Assembly (NCBI GenBank): GCA_044507735.1 | Contig: JBIQJB010000015.1 | Span: forward strand, 1-50,113 | DNA: 50,113 bases | From: Nitrosopumilales archaeon | GTDB lineage: Archaea > Thermoproteota > Nitrososphaeria > Nitrososphaerales > Nitrososphaeraceae | Reading direction: 5' to 3' | In this document: piece by piece, positions 36,430 through 46,089 of the stretch | Layout of the letters: every line of letters starts with the position of its first letter | Numbering within the stretch: position 1 is the first letter of the stretch | The notes under the pieces: model-generated | What the model saw: the letters and a program-made list of their open reading frames with translations, nothing else | Told to the model about the DNA's origin: nothing | The model's database searches: none | Made by a program: the position numbers and the translations under genes

Positions 36430-37281
36430 TTGTTTAGGGAAGGAAAAGTAAAACTCGCGTTGCTGTCGCTCTTGTCAGCTCTGGTCATTGCATCGACTGC
36501 CTTTGTGGGAGTTTCGATATACGCGATGAAAGCTGATGACGAGAAGATGGCAACGCTCAAAGAAGGATCGACGAATCATGACAATAGTGATGCAGCCTCA
36601 TCAGATGATGATGACGACGGCAGCTCCTCAGAAGCAGATGTCAAATCATTGTTTGCAGGCCTGGTAGTATGTGACGTAGGAGTGGCCGAGATTTCAGGCG
36701 AAACACAGACTGCAGCATCGTCCTATGAGGAAATAGGCCGCGACAGGCCGACAGTATCGGTGTCTGTAATGTCAAGGTCTGAAGTTGCCGAGCTGGCAGA
36801 CAGCGAGACAGAGACGGCAGCGTCAGAAGAAGAAGAATCGTCATCAACAACTCCACGTGCAGATTGTGGAATTCTAGGCGAGGACAAACCGCACAAGAAA
36901 ACCACATCAGCAGCTGAAGAAGAATCAGACAGGACATCGACAAGTGGGCGGGACTCCGACGAGCAGATTCTCGTAATTGATGGTCATGGCTTTGCTCCGG
37001 GGCAAGTGGTTCTGATGTTCATGAACAACGAGTTGAGAGGAATAGATGATGTCGACGAAGATGGAGAGATCGAAGCAAAGATCCCTGTCCCCGAAAACAG
37101 CGAGACTGCTGTTGCAGGCATTGGAGACCCTCTGGAGCTCAGGCTCGTTGAGAGCGGAACGCAGAGGACTGGAAACCTGGACTTTGACGGCGAGACTCTG
37201 ACCGCAAATGCCAATTCAGACATTGAAGTAGACGAAGAAGAAGAGGAAGAAGAAGAATCATCAACTTCAGACGATGAATAA
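36430..37281 (+). CDS. Acidic membrane-anchored hypothetical protein
   Basis: N-terminal TM helix, Asp/Glu/Ser-rich tracts, C-terminal beta-rich domain (VIDGHGFAPGQVV). Confidence 0.75.
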   Translation: MFREGKVKLALLSLLSALVIASTAFVGVSIYAMKADDEKMATLKEGSTNHDNSDAASSDDDDDGSSSEADVKSLFAGLVVCDVGVAEISGETQTAASSYEEIGRDRPTVSVSVMSRSEVAELADSETETAASEEEESSSTTPRADCGILGEDKPHKKTTSAAEEESDRTSTSGRDSDEQILVIDGHGFAPGQVVLMFMNNELRGIDDVDEDGEIEAKIPVPENSETAVAGIGDPLELRLVESGTQRTGNLDFDGETLTANANSDIEVDEEEEEEEESSTSDDE

Positions 37282-37431
37282 CTCCATCATCACAGGCTAC
37301 ACTTGGACAATAAATAACACAGCACCAGTGTGACAAGAATGCAATAACAACTGAAGTTATTGCTCCACCCTTTCTCTTTCCTTTTTTGCAAGGGAAAAAG
37401 TTAATTCCCATATTTTCTGATATTCTGTAAG

Positions 37432-37710
37432 ATGGCGAACAAGATCAAGTGCTCTCACATTCTTGTGCAGAAGCAGAGTGAAGCGCTAGCAATACTCGAA
37501 CGGCTGAAAAAAGGTGAAAGCTTTGCCAACCTTGCCAAAGAGCTATCGATAGATAGGGGAAGCGGTAAGCGTGGCGGCGATCTCGGGTATTTTGGCCGGG
37601 GCATGATGGTCAAGCCCTTTGAAGATGCGGCGTTTAAGCTGGAAAGAGGTCAGCTGTCCGAGCCGGTCAAGACCGAGTTTGGATACCACATAATCAAGAG
37701 GCTGGATTGA
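37432..37710 (+). CDS. Parvulin-type peptidyl-prolyl isomerase
   Basis: CSHILV, FANLAKELSID, GGDLGYFGRGMMVKPFEDAAF, KTEFGYHII. Confidence 0.96.
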   Translation: MANKIKCSHILVQKQSEALAILERLKKGESFANLAKELSIDRGSGKRGGDLGYFGRGMMVKPFEDAAFKLERGQLSEPVKTEFGYHIIKRLD

Positions 37711-37962
37711 TTGGACGCATACTTGGAAGAAGAGCTATACGACCTTCTAACTTACTGCATACAAAATTCCCATGCCCCTGACTTTTCGGACAAGAAGAGC
37801 AGGGTGCAGGAAATCGGCCGCGAGCTTTATGCCGATGGTGGCTCGGATGCAATGGAGAACATGTTCTTTTCAATCGAGCACAGGGTAAAAGAAGAGATAG
37901 GGCAAGACGCCCGGCCGTACAGAGCCTGGTGGAACGGCATAGCTTCCGAATGGAAGTACTGA
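37711..37962 (+). CDS. Small hypothetical protein
   Basis: 83-aa ORF abutting parvulin (TTG start); EIGRELYADGG..AWWNGI. Confidence 0.75.
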   Translation: MDAYLEEELYDLLTYCIQNSHAPDFSDKKSRVQEIGRELYADGGSDAMENMFFSIEHRVKEEIGQDARPYRAWWNGIASEWKY

Positions 37963-37977
37963 TCGATCAGATCTCAA

Positions 37978-39036
37978 TCATTTTCTTGTTTTCATCAGTA
38001 CTACCACTGCAATCACTCCCATCATACCCCCGAGCACCAACAGCACCTGCATAGTGAATCCGGGTATGCCGGCGCTAGCACTTTCCATGCTGACCCTTAT
38101 GATGTCATATTCTTTTGCTTTTTCGATGCTGGTAAAGCCCGCTATCTCTATCTGAGCGTTTGGCTGGGGAGTAGAGATGTGCAGCTGCACCGGGGACCCG
38201 TCTACCGCGACAGAGGCGTCGTCCTCCTTTGGAGGAGGGCACCCTTCCCGTATGCTGCATTCGCCAAGCGAGTAGACCGACAACACTTTTGCGCCCCCAA
38301 TGTCGGTGCTTTTGAACAATCCCCCAGTGCTTGCCTGGTTGAAGGTTGGGTCAAATAGCCAGTGCCACTTTTCCATTGGCATGGCACCAAGTTCGGTGAA
38401 GTCCAGTATCGGCTCTGTCATGATCCTTTCTGCTGCTTCTATGCCTTCAAGCTTGCCAGCAAATTCTGGGAATGCGACACGCAAGAGCCCGATCGGCTGA
38501 TTGATGTTGATCGTGCCGTGTTCTGGTGACTCGACAAACACCGGCCCATCTATTACAAAGCCTCTCCAGTTGATGTCCATAGGTATATTGTCGCTGGCAT
38601 TCGCATCCAACTTGAATCCAGAGAATGTCGGAACAAATTCTACACTGTATGCAAGTGTCATCCTGTCTGGCCCTCCTCTGAGGACACCCGAGTACGTAAG
38701 GTTTGCACTGTTTACTTGGGCGGGGCTTTGTGCTTCTATAAGCGCCCGGTTGGCAGCCGCAACAAGCTCACTCATGCCATTTGAATCTGTACCTTCTATC
38801 GAAAACTCTACCCTCACTGTTTTGCCCTTGAATAGCTCGGCAAGTGAACTGTCCTGCTCGTACCTGATCGTGGCAAACTTTACTCCGACAAAGCTTCCAG
38901 CAGCCTTGTCAAACTCGGGTATTAGCGATGCATTGATTTGCGCTGCCTGTGCTGGCAACGCCAGGCCGGCGATCAGAATCGCCGATACCGTGGAAGAGGT
39001 CAGAACAGCTTGAATACTCTTTCCCGTTGTATGCAC
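37978..39036 (-). CDS. Secreted surface protein with C-terminal PGF-TM-basic tail
   Basis: Signal peptide ending ALPAQA; C-terminus IPGF-TMQVLLVLGGMMGVIAVVVLM-KTRK. Confidence 0.8.
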   Translation of the reverse strand: MHTTGKSIQAVLTSSTVSAILIAGLALPAQAAQINASLIPEFDKAAGSFVGVKFATIRYEQDSSLAELFKGKTVRVEFSIEGTDSNGMSELVAAANRALIEAQSPAQVNSANLTYSGVLRGGPDRMTLAYSVEFVPTFSGFKLDANASDNIPMDINWRGFVIDGPVFVESPEHGTININQPIGLLRVAFPEFAGKLEGIEAAERIMTEPILDFTELGAMPMEKWHWLFDPTFNQASTGGLFKSTDIGGAKVLSVYSLGECSIREGCPPPKEDDASVAVDGSPVQLHISTPQPNAQIEIAGFTSIEKAKEYDIIRVSMESASAGIPGFTMQVLLVLGGMMGVIAVVVLMKTRK

Positions 39037-39589
39037 ACCTACTCTATAGATATCCTTTGACTTATCGCTTGTTTTTGGGCAGTTTTTTGGCCTCTCTCAT
39101 GCAGTCACTCACTTGCAGGATTCACTTTATGGACTCTCTTTTAGGGAGTGCACGGGCTCTGTGCCCGCGCTGCTTAATTCTATAGTCACAGATCAATCAA
39201 AGATTGATCCCATTCCAAGGCACATCATCAGGTCCTACTGTTATAACACCGCTCGCCACCTGGCTAGTCATCATCATCATTTTCGCACCATCAACAAAAG
39301 ACCTTGAGGTGTTCGGCGATCTGATTGCTTTCGATTCTAATTAGGTCTGCATTTATTCATAATAATCTGCTGACCTGAAGGCAGAAACCATTGCAAGGAC
39401 CCTGCGCGGAGCATCTCTACGCGACTATCATTTTGTCTCATTACGGGGTTATGTGGTCCGCAGTAGCGCAGGCAGGTTCTCCACCCTGAATTCACAATCA
39501 GATAGTGTGTACAATCAAATATCATATGAAGCTAGGTCTTGGAATATGATTCTGATTTGATCTGCAACCCATAAAAGATCGATCGCCAT

Positions 39590-40411
39590 CTGTATTGTAC
39601 GACATCCCACGATCCTTTTTCCGACTGGTCATCGCTGATCAACAAGGCGGTCTATTCATCGGATAGGAAAAAGATAGGTTTCTTGCGCAAGACACTTCCA
39701 GAATATCTGATAGTAAAGAAAGGGTTGATCGGGCTTTCAAGTTACCTGATACCAAAATCCCTTGCCGGGTCAGTTGACAAGAAGGGGATAAGGCTCTTGA
39801 TAACCGCATACGAGGTGCGGCACAAGTACTCGTATTCCAAGATGAAACACCTTGCAATCTATGGAAAGGTGCCCAAGTCAGCGGTGCAGCAGAGGATCGT
39901 TTATGATAGATTGCAAACCCTGCGTTATAGCACAACTCGAAACAGGCTCGCCGCCGGGATCGCATTTGTCTCCGGCATCCTCTTCCTGATCTCCGGCTAT
40001 CGGGCGAACATCGAGATCTACAATCTGATAAGGGAGGAGCTGGTGGTGAACACCGTCAGAGATTTCTGGATGTACGCTGTTGTGCCGATAGGCTTTCTGG
40101 CGCTCCTGAGTCAACTTGGCGGCCTGACGGTTCTTATGGGAGCAGCGCTATTTGCCGCAAATCGAATAACCATCGGCAAGTTTCTTGTGTACGTTGGAAC
40201 TGGGCAGGGGTTGGTCACGATCTTGCTCCGTATTGCAAGCGAGTTCTGGTCGGGGAGGCTAGCACTTGAAAACAACTATATCACATGGTTGACGTCTACT
40301 GCCACAGGTCTTGGCATATTGTTTGCAGTGACTGCGCCATATATAACGAAGGGCAACGGCCCAAGCATCTATGTCCGGATTGCCAAGTTTCTATTGCGGA
40401 AAAGAGACTAG
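39590..40411 (+). CDS. Membrane protein: N-terminal PRC-barrel-like domain plus 4 TM helices (start uncertain)
   Basis: Frame stays open upstream of the track start 39683: DPFSDWSSLINKAVYSSDRKKIGFLRKTLPEYLIVKKGLIG..YLIPK; four hydrophobic segments follow. Confidence 0.65.
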   Translation: MYCTTSHDPFSDWSSLINKAVYSSDRKKIGFLRKTLPEYLIVKKGLIGLSSYLIPKSLAGSVDKKGIRLLITAYEVRHKYSYSKMKHLAIYGKVPKSAVQQRIVYDRLQTLRYSTTRNRLAAGIAFVSGILFLISGYRANIEIYNLIREELVVNTVRDFWMYAVVPIGFLALLSQLGGLTVLMGAALFAANRITIGKFLVYVGTGQGLVTILLRIASEFWSGRLALENNYITWLTSTATGLGILFAVTAPYITKGNGPSIYVRIAKFLLRKRD

Positions 40412-41871
40412 ACGTCTGCATACATCGAAAACTCGTGTGGATGTGGCCTCACGGCAAGCTCTACATGCTCTCTCTCTTCGTGTTCCACTATTCTGTCTAT
40501 GGTCTCGCTATCGAATACGGGCTTCAAGAACGCATTGTCACTCTCTAGTTCCTCGTAAGCTTCTCTCAGGCTGGCCGGCAACTGTCTTATTCCTAACTCG
40601 CGCCTCCTCTTTGGACTCATCTTGAAAATGTCTTCGTTGACGGGGTCGCCGATATCCTTCTTTTTCTTGATGCCGTCAAGGCCGGCTGCCAGTATCGCAG
40701 AGAACGCAAGGTACGGGTTGCATGACGGATCGGGGGCCCTGAACTCTATGCGCTTGAGGTTTGCGAACCTGCTTCCTCTATAGTGTGCAGGGATCCTGAT
40801 TATCGCTGAGCGATTGCCAGTGCTCCACGCGACATACACCGGAGCTTCATAGCCAGGCACGAGTCTCCTGTACGAGTTGGTTGTTGGCGCAACGATTGCT
40901 GCAAGAGCGCGGGCGTGCTCTATGATGCCTCCACCGAAGTAGCGCGCGATCTGTGAGATCTCTGCATATTCGTCAGACGAATCGTAGAAGAGGTTCTTGC
41001 CCTTGTTCCACAGGCTGACGTTGACGTGCATGCCAGAGCCGTTGTCAAGCGCGATCGGCTTTGGCATCATTGTAGCGATCATGTTGCGCTTCTTTGCAAT
41101 GTTCTTGACTATGTACTTGTAGCTCTGTACAGCATCTGCAGCGTTTACCAGTGTGTCAAAGCGAATGTCTATTTCACACTGCCCAGCAGTCGCTACTTCA
41201 TGGTGGTGTGCGTCGCACACTATGCCAAAGTTGTTAGTAAGAACGTCGACACACTCATTCCTGTATTCCATCAGGGTGTCGCCAGGTGCACTCGGCAGGT
41301 ATCCTTCCTTGAGGCGGAGTGCATAGCCCACACTGTCTGTAGACCAGGGAGCCTCCCTAGACTGAATATGATAGCTCTGTCCTTGGTATGGAGTCATAGT
41401 GTTGACTTCGAGTTTGTCAAATACGAAAAACTCTACTTCCGGCCCCCAGTATGAAGTATCATAGCCCTGCTCCTCCACGTACTTTTCCGCCCTTTTTGCA
41501 ATGCCCCTTGGGTCCCGTGGGAAAATCTCGCGCTTGGTTCCGCCACTTAGGATGTCGCAGATCAGTCGCGCAGTCGGTGGTTCAATCCACGGCACAGTTG
41601 CATACGTTGAAGGATCGGGTCTGATGATAAGGTCGGATTCATGGATCTCAGTAAAGCCCCTGATTGAAGAGCCGTCAAGCTTGGGCAGCCCATCGGTAAA
41701 ATCCTCCACCCTGAACATCTTCGAATCCATCGTCGTGTGGTGGAACCGGCCAAACAGGCCTGTGAACTGCAGGTCGATGAACTTTATCTTATCGTCTTTA
41801 AGACGCCGCATCACCTGTTCGGCTGTAAATGTTAATGGTTCGATCTTACCGTCAATCAGTTTATAAGGCAA
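40408..41871 (-). CDS. glnA: Glutamine synthetase type I
   Basis: DGSSIRGF, GPEVEFF, HHHEVATAGQCEI, MPKPIALDNGSGMH, NSYRRLVPGYEAP, RIEFRAPDPSCNPY. Confidence 0.98.
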   Translation of the reverse strand: MPYKLIDGKIEPLTFTAEQVMRRLKDDKIKFIDLQFTGLFGRFHHTTMDSKMFRVEDFTDGLPKLDGSSIRGFTEIHESDLIIRPDPSTYATVPWIEPPTARLICDILSGGTKREIFPRDPRGIAKRAEKYVEEQGYDTSYWGPEVEFFVFDKLEVNTMTPYQGQSYHIQSREAPWSTDSVGYALRLKEGYLPSAPGDTLMEYRNECVDVLTNNFGIVCDAHHHEVATAGQCEIDIRFDTLVNAADAVQSYKYIVKNIAKKRNMIATMMPKPIALDNGSGMHVNVSLWNKGKNLFYDSSDEYAEISQIARYFGGGIIEHARALAAIVAPTTNSYRRLVPGYEAPVYVAWSTGNRSAIIRIPAHYRGSRFANLKRIEFRAPDPSCNPYLAFSAILAAGLDGIKKKKDIGDPVNEDIFKMSPKRRRELGIRQLPASLREAYEELESDNAFLKPVFDSETIDRIVEHEEREHVELAVRPHPHEFSMYADV

Positions 41872-41935
41872 CGAGAGTACACACCATCAGTAGGCACTTA
41901 AACTCCACAATTTAAGGATTGTCAAGTGATCTAGG

Positions 41936-42529
41936 ATGTCAACAGCTGGCCAGCAAAATAGCGGCGAAATGGACGCCGGGGATAGCGGCCACCTTGCGCT
42001 CAAGGACATTTTCAGGATATTGAAGAAAGAGATCGAGCTGCCAACTCTTCAGCCAATCGAGCCGGACACCTTCCAAAAGGTGGCCATGTCGCTTGGCAAC
42101 CTAAAGGGTCAGGGATACGAAGGCATCGAAGCAAGGGTAAGAGATAGGACAGCAGAGCTACTCGCAACTGCCGCAAAACTGCTCATAGAGGCTAGGCAGG
42201 CCAAGATACGCGCAGGTGAAGCTCTGGACTACTCAAAGCTGACAGACGAGGAAAAGTATGTTCTTGATGGCAAGCGCGAGTATGACAAGCGAATAGATGA
42301 GTTGGTAGCGGCCACCGTTAAGGGAAGACCGAAGGTGCTCGAATCGATATCTGCAAGGATGAGATCAAAGAAGATAGTGGTAAGGTTCCTAAAGCCTACG
42401 GAAGCGTTTGTCGGGATCGACATGGGCAAATACGGACCATTCCAGCCTGAAGACATCGCTTCCCTTCCGTTTGAAAACGCGCGTCTAATAATAGAAGGCG
42501 GGGCAGCGGTAGAAGTACACGTCGAGTAA
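41936..42529 (+). CDS. DNA replication GINS complex subunit (Gins51/Gins15 type)
   Basis: Helical A domain then B domain VVRFLKPTEAFVGIDMGKYGPFQPEDIASLPFENA. Confidence 0.88.
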   Translation: MSTAGQQNSGEMDAGDSGHLALKDIFRILKKEIELPTLQPIEPDTFQKVAMSLGNLKGQGYEGIEARVRDRTAELLATAAKLLIEARQAKIRAGEALDYSKLTDEEKYVLDGKREYDKRIDELVAATVKGRPKVLESISARMRSKKIVVRFLKPTEAFVGIDMGKYGPFQPEDIASLPFENARLIIEGGAAVEVHVE

Positions 42530-42770
42530 CAAGAGATGAAAGAGAAAATATTCAAGGCTTTTTGAAATTTACACGCCACGATCATATGCTATAGCGGGAA
42601 AATCATTGTCCTGATCGGCCAGCAGGTTGCTGTGGAAGAAGCCCATGGCGCGCCTGAACTGCCATGGCAGTTCCCCCAACAGAAACGCCGTTCCAAAAAG
42701 CGTGCAATTGCAATAATGCAAATAACCTAAAACTTCTTATTTCGCAAATGCCCATTGCCTCCTACAGCCG

Positions 42771-43052
42771 ATGGTCCACCTTGGCATAGACATTGACCTG
42801 TATATCCTGCTCACGCTCTTTCCAGCGGCCGCGTTCTTTACGGCTGGCTACGTTGCCAAGAAGACCAAGATGCCACAAGTAAGGTCGTACCTGATACAGG
42901 GAATCATTTGTATCACATTCGCAATAGCCTATTTTGTAGCTGTGCCAAACGGCGGCGCACAGGGGCTCGCAATAGTGCTTGCAATGTTTGGCACGCTCTT
43001 GCTGTTCATGGCACGGAAGCAAAAGATACAGCAGCCAGAGCAGAGCGTCTAG
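42771..43052 (+). CDS. Small 3-TM membrane protein
   Basis: 93 aa with three hydrophobic segments. Confidence 0.75.
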   Translation: MVHLGIDIDLYILLTLFPAAAFFTAGYVAKKTKMPQVRSYLIQGIICITFAIAYFVAVPNGGAQGLAIVLAMFGTLLLFMARKQKIQQPEQSV

Positions 43053-43228
43053 TGCAGGTTCAACATCCTATTGGTACGCTCGATCCTGCTGTCCATCAAA
43101 CCTTCGATCCATGAATGAAACTCGCGCTCGGCCACCTCGTAAGAGCACTTGTTCTTGCTCATGTATTTCTGCACAAATTTTACCTTGGTCCATAAATATG
43201 CCAGCTCTTCACTCTCGTCAAGGCTCAT
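43049..43228 (-). CDS. Small hypothetical protein (59 aa)
   Basis: Below track cutoff: MSLDESEELAYLWTKVKFVQKYMSKNKCSYEVAEREFHSWIEGLMDSRIERTNRMLNLH; stop overlaps the convergent gene's stop. Confidence 0.65.
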   Translation of the reverse strand: MSLDESEELAYLWTKVKFVQKYMSKNKCSYEVAEREFHSWIEGLMDSRIERTNRMLNLH

Positions 43229-43319
43229 GAGCGTTCAACAGTAAAAATGCAAACATCGTACTTAAGGTTGACTCCTATTGCAAAAGCATATTACAATGTA
43301 AGAAACTGTTGATCACGTA

Positions 43320-44066
43320 ATGATAAGAGACAAGGTTGCGATAGTTACAGGAGCTAGCAGCGGGATCGGGTACGCCACTGCGCTCGCACTCTCAAAGGCA
43401 GGCGCCAAGGTGGCTGCTGGCGCAAGGCGGACAGACAGACTTGAATCGCTGCAAAAAGAGATCGCAAATAACGGCGGAGAGGTTTTAATTCAAAAGCTCG
43501 ATGTTACCAAGAAGGCCGACTGTGACGCCTTTGTTGATGCGGTAATCAAGAAGTGGGGAACAGTGGACATACTCGTCAACAACGCCGGCGTCATGCCCCT
43601 CAGCTTTTTCAAGAACCTAAAGGTCGACGAATGGGATCAGATGATTGATGTCAACATCAAGGGAGTGCTCTACTGCACTGCAGCAGTGATCAATCACATG
43701 GTTGACAAGAAATCCGGTCACATCATCAATGTCTCTTCAGTGGCGGGAAGGATAGTGTTTCCTGCCGGGAGCGTCTATTGCGCGACAAAGCACGCCGTTG
43801 CAGCGTTTTCAGAGGGATTGAGGCAGGAGTTCAGCCAAAGGGCAAACATCAGGGTGACCTGCATCGAGCCCGGCGAGGTTGCGACAGAGCTCCTCAACAC
43901 AATAACCGACAAGTCGCTGGAAAAGTACGTTCAGTCAGCAAAGCAGCGGGAAGCACAGCAGCTGCAGTCTGAAGACATTGCAAACGCGATACTGTTTGCC
44001 ATCGAATCTCCTCCGCACATGAATGTCAACGAGATACTCATAAGGCCAACGACTCAGGAACGATAG
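43320..44066 (+). CDS. Short-chain dehydrogenase/reductase
   Basis: TGASSGIG, NNAG, SSVAG, YCATK. Confidence 0.95.
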   Translation: MIRDKVAIVTGASSGIGYATALALSKAGAKVAAGARRTDRLESLQKEIANNGGEVLIQKLDVTKKADCDAFVDAVIKKWGTVDILVNNAGVMPLSFFKNLKVDEWDQMIDVNIKGVLYCTAAVINHMVDKKSGHIINVSSVAGRIVFPAGSVYCATKHAVAAFSEGLRQEFSQRANIRVTCIEPGEVATELLNTITDKSLEKYVQSAKQREAQQLQSEDIANAILFAIESPPHMNVNEILIRPTTQER

Positions 44067-44359
44067 AAACCCCTCCATCTATTCCAGGATGCATCAAGAG
44101 TGACGAACAGGTAAGCCCTAGCGGCGGCGGATCTCACATGCGTGCCGCCATTGTTGCTCTTTTTTTCGCAGTCCACATACGTGCCGACACGATGATACGC
44201 CTTCTCTTGTTGGGCCATGCACTTTGTGCTACTAGAAGTAATTCATGCTCCTGCTCAGAGCGCGTCATGATGACGATATTGGCGTTTTTTCCTCCGATGT
44301 ACTCTCGAAGCGCATGCATCGCTAAAAGGTTTTTACCCACTGCTGCGATCATTTCCTCA

Positions 44360-45514
44360 ATGGGCAAGCGAATTTTGATCCTTGGAGCCGGATTTGGCGG
44401 CCTGGCAGCCGCGACAGAGCTGCGGAAAGGGCTCGACCAGGATCACCGGATCATAATAATAGACCGGAAAAAATCGTTCATGATGGGCCTGGTGAAATTA
44501 TGGATTCTTGAAGGAAGCAGGAAGCTAGAAGAGTCCCAGACTCCGCTTGAAGGGCTCAACACAAAGGGCATCGAATATCTCAATGACGAGATTGTCAAGA
44601 TCGATCTTGGCTCAAACAGGGTGCAAACAATAACCCATGGTTGGATAGAATACGACTATTTGATAGTGGCTCTCGGCACAGAGCTTGCGCCAGAGAAGAT
44701 CCCGGGATTTGTGGACAAAGGCTACAACCTCTATGACGCTCAACAAGTTCCAAAACTGCGCGAAAAGCTGCTCTCACTTCAACGAGGTAAGATTGCTATT
44801 GCAATAATGGGAATGCCGTACAAATGCCCTCCGGCGCCATTTGAAGCTTCCTTGATAATTGATGGAATCCTGTCAAGGCAAGGCACACGAAGTTCTGTGG
44901 AGATCGATATCTATTCCCCGGCCCCAACAGCTATGCCGGTAGCGGGGGCGCAGGTAAGTGGAGAAGTGGTCGAGATAATTTCGCAGAGAGGTATAAGATT
45001 TCACCCATCACACAAGCTCAAATCAGTGTCAGACAGTAAGCTCGAATTTGAAAATGGCACAAATGCAGACTATGATGTGCTGATCGGCATTCCGCCTCAC
45101 AGGGTCCCAGAGGTTGTAAGGAATTCCGGTTTGGTAGACGATAATGGAGGTGGATGGGTAACAGTCGACAAGAACACTATGAAGACTCGCTTCGCAGGCG
45201 TGTTTGCCATAGGAGATGTCATCGAGATAAAGGTGGGCGCAGGAGCCGTGCCCAAGGCAGGGATATTTGCTGAGGAGCAGGGCAAGGTGGCCGCCAGGCA
45301 GATCATTGATGAGATCAGCAGCAGGCCCGCCATCGCTTCCTTCACTGGTCAGGGGTATTGCTTCATGGAAATGGGCAACGGACGGGCAGGTTATCTCGCA
45401 GGCGACTTTTTCAACCCTACAGGGCCACAGGTCCGGTTGGAATCCCCATCAGAGCAGAACCTGCAGAAAAAGCAGGATTTTGAAAGAACCCGCTTGAAAG
45501 AGTGGCTACTGTAG
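44360..45514 (+). CDS. FAD-dependent oxidoreductase, sulfide:quinone oxidoreductase-like
   Basis: Start moved to ATG 44360 (MGKRILILGAGFGG); YDYLIVALG, PYKCPPAPFE, VFAIGD, PKAGIFA, GYCFMEMG. Confidence 0.85.
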   Translation: MGKRILILGAGFGGLAAATELRKGLDQDHRIIIIDRKKSFMMGLVKLWILEGSRKLEESQTPLEGLNTKGIEYLNDEIVKIDLGSNRVQTITHGWIEYDYLIVALGTELAPEKIPGFVDKGYNLYDAQQVPKLREKLLSLQRGKIAIAIMGMPYKCPPAPFEASLIIDGILSRQGTRSSVEIDIYSPAPTAMPVAGAQVSGEVVEIISQRGIRFHPSHKLKSVSDSKLEFENGTNADYDVLIGIPPHRVPEVVRNSGLVDDNGGGWVTVDKNTMKTRFAGVFAIGDVIEIKVGAGAVPKAGIFAEEQGKVAARQIIDEISSRPAIASFTGQGYCFMEMGNGRAGYLAGDFFNPTGPQVRLESPSEQNLQKKQDFERTRLKEWLL

Positions 45515-46057
45515 CCTATTCTCCCGCTTGCTCATTGTGTAAAAACCATGGGCAGAGATCAGAAACGCTGCAAGCGACATCTTGGTAGCAAACACCAGGT
45601 TCCACGGAGTCTCGGGATTGGGGTACGCCACATTCTTTTCGTCAAATTCTAACACACCTTGTATTGCATCAGCGGTGATGAGCGAGTTCCACACGATAAA
45701 GTTGTAGACGAATTCATACAGTGACACGACTGCGATGGCAAGCACGATAAGCTGGAGTATCGACTTTAACCACTTTGGAATGCCCGTGACTTTGTCACCA
45801 CCGAGCTTGACTACGCAATACCATCCGACTACTGAAACAATCATCAGGTAGGTTACGAGCTTGGCAAGGCCGGGGAAGGGAAACTCGGTGTCAACTAGAA
45901 CCTCGCCGATCACGACCTTGCCGGTCTGGAGATACTCGCCAAGGCTGACATAGATCGCGTAGAACGTTATCGATGCCATCATCGCGGCACAAAAGTAAAA
46001 GATTCCAAGATAGACTTTCCGCGCCTTTAGGTCTTCCCTTTCAACGGTCGTGCGCAC
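45506..46057 (-). CDS. Hypothetical 4-TM membrane protein
   Basis: Four hydrophobic segments; YPNPETPWNLVFATK. Confidence 0.78.
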   Translation of the reverse strand: MRTTVEREDLKARKVYLGIFYFCAAMMASITFYAIYVSLGEYLQTGKVVIGEVLVDTEFPFPGLAKLVTYLMIVSVVGWYCVVKLGGDKVTGIPKWLKSILQLIVLAIAVVSLYEFVYNFIVWNSLITADAIQGVLEFDEKNVAYPNPETPWNLVFATKMSLAAFLISAHGFYTMSKRENRLQ

Positions 46058-46089
46058 GAACTTTTGTGACAGGATTCCGGATATATTAA

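Noticed and set aside
44138-44359. 74-aa N-terminal extension of the SQR-like ORF
   Set aside because: The Rossmann motif starts right after Met at 44360; the extension looks like translated intergenic DNA.
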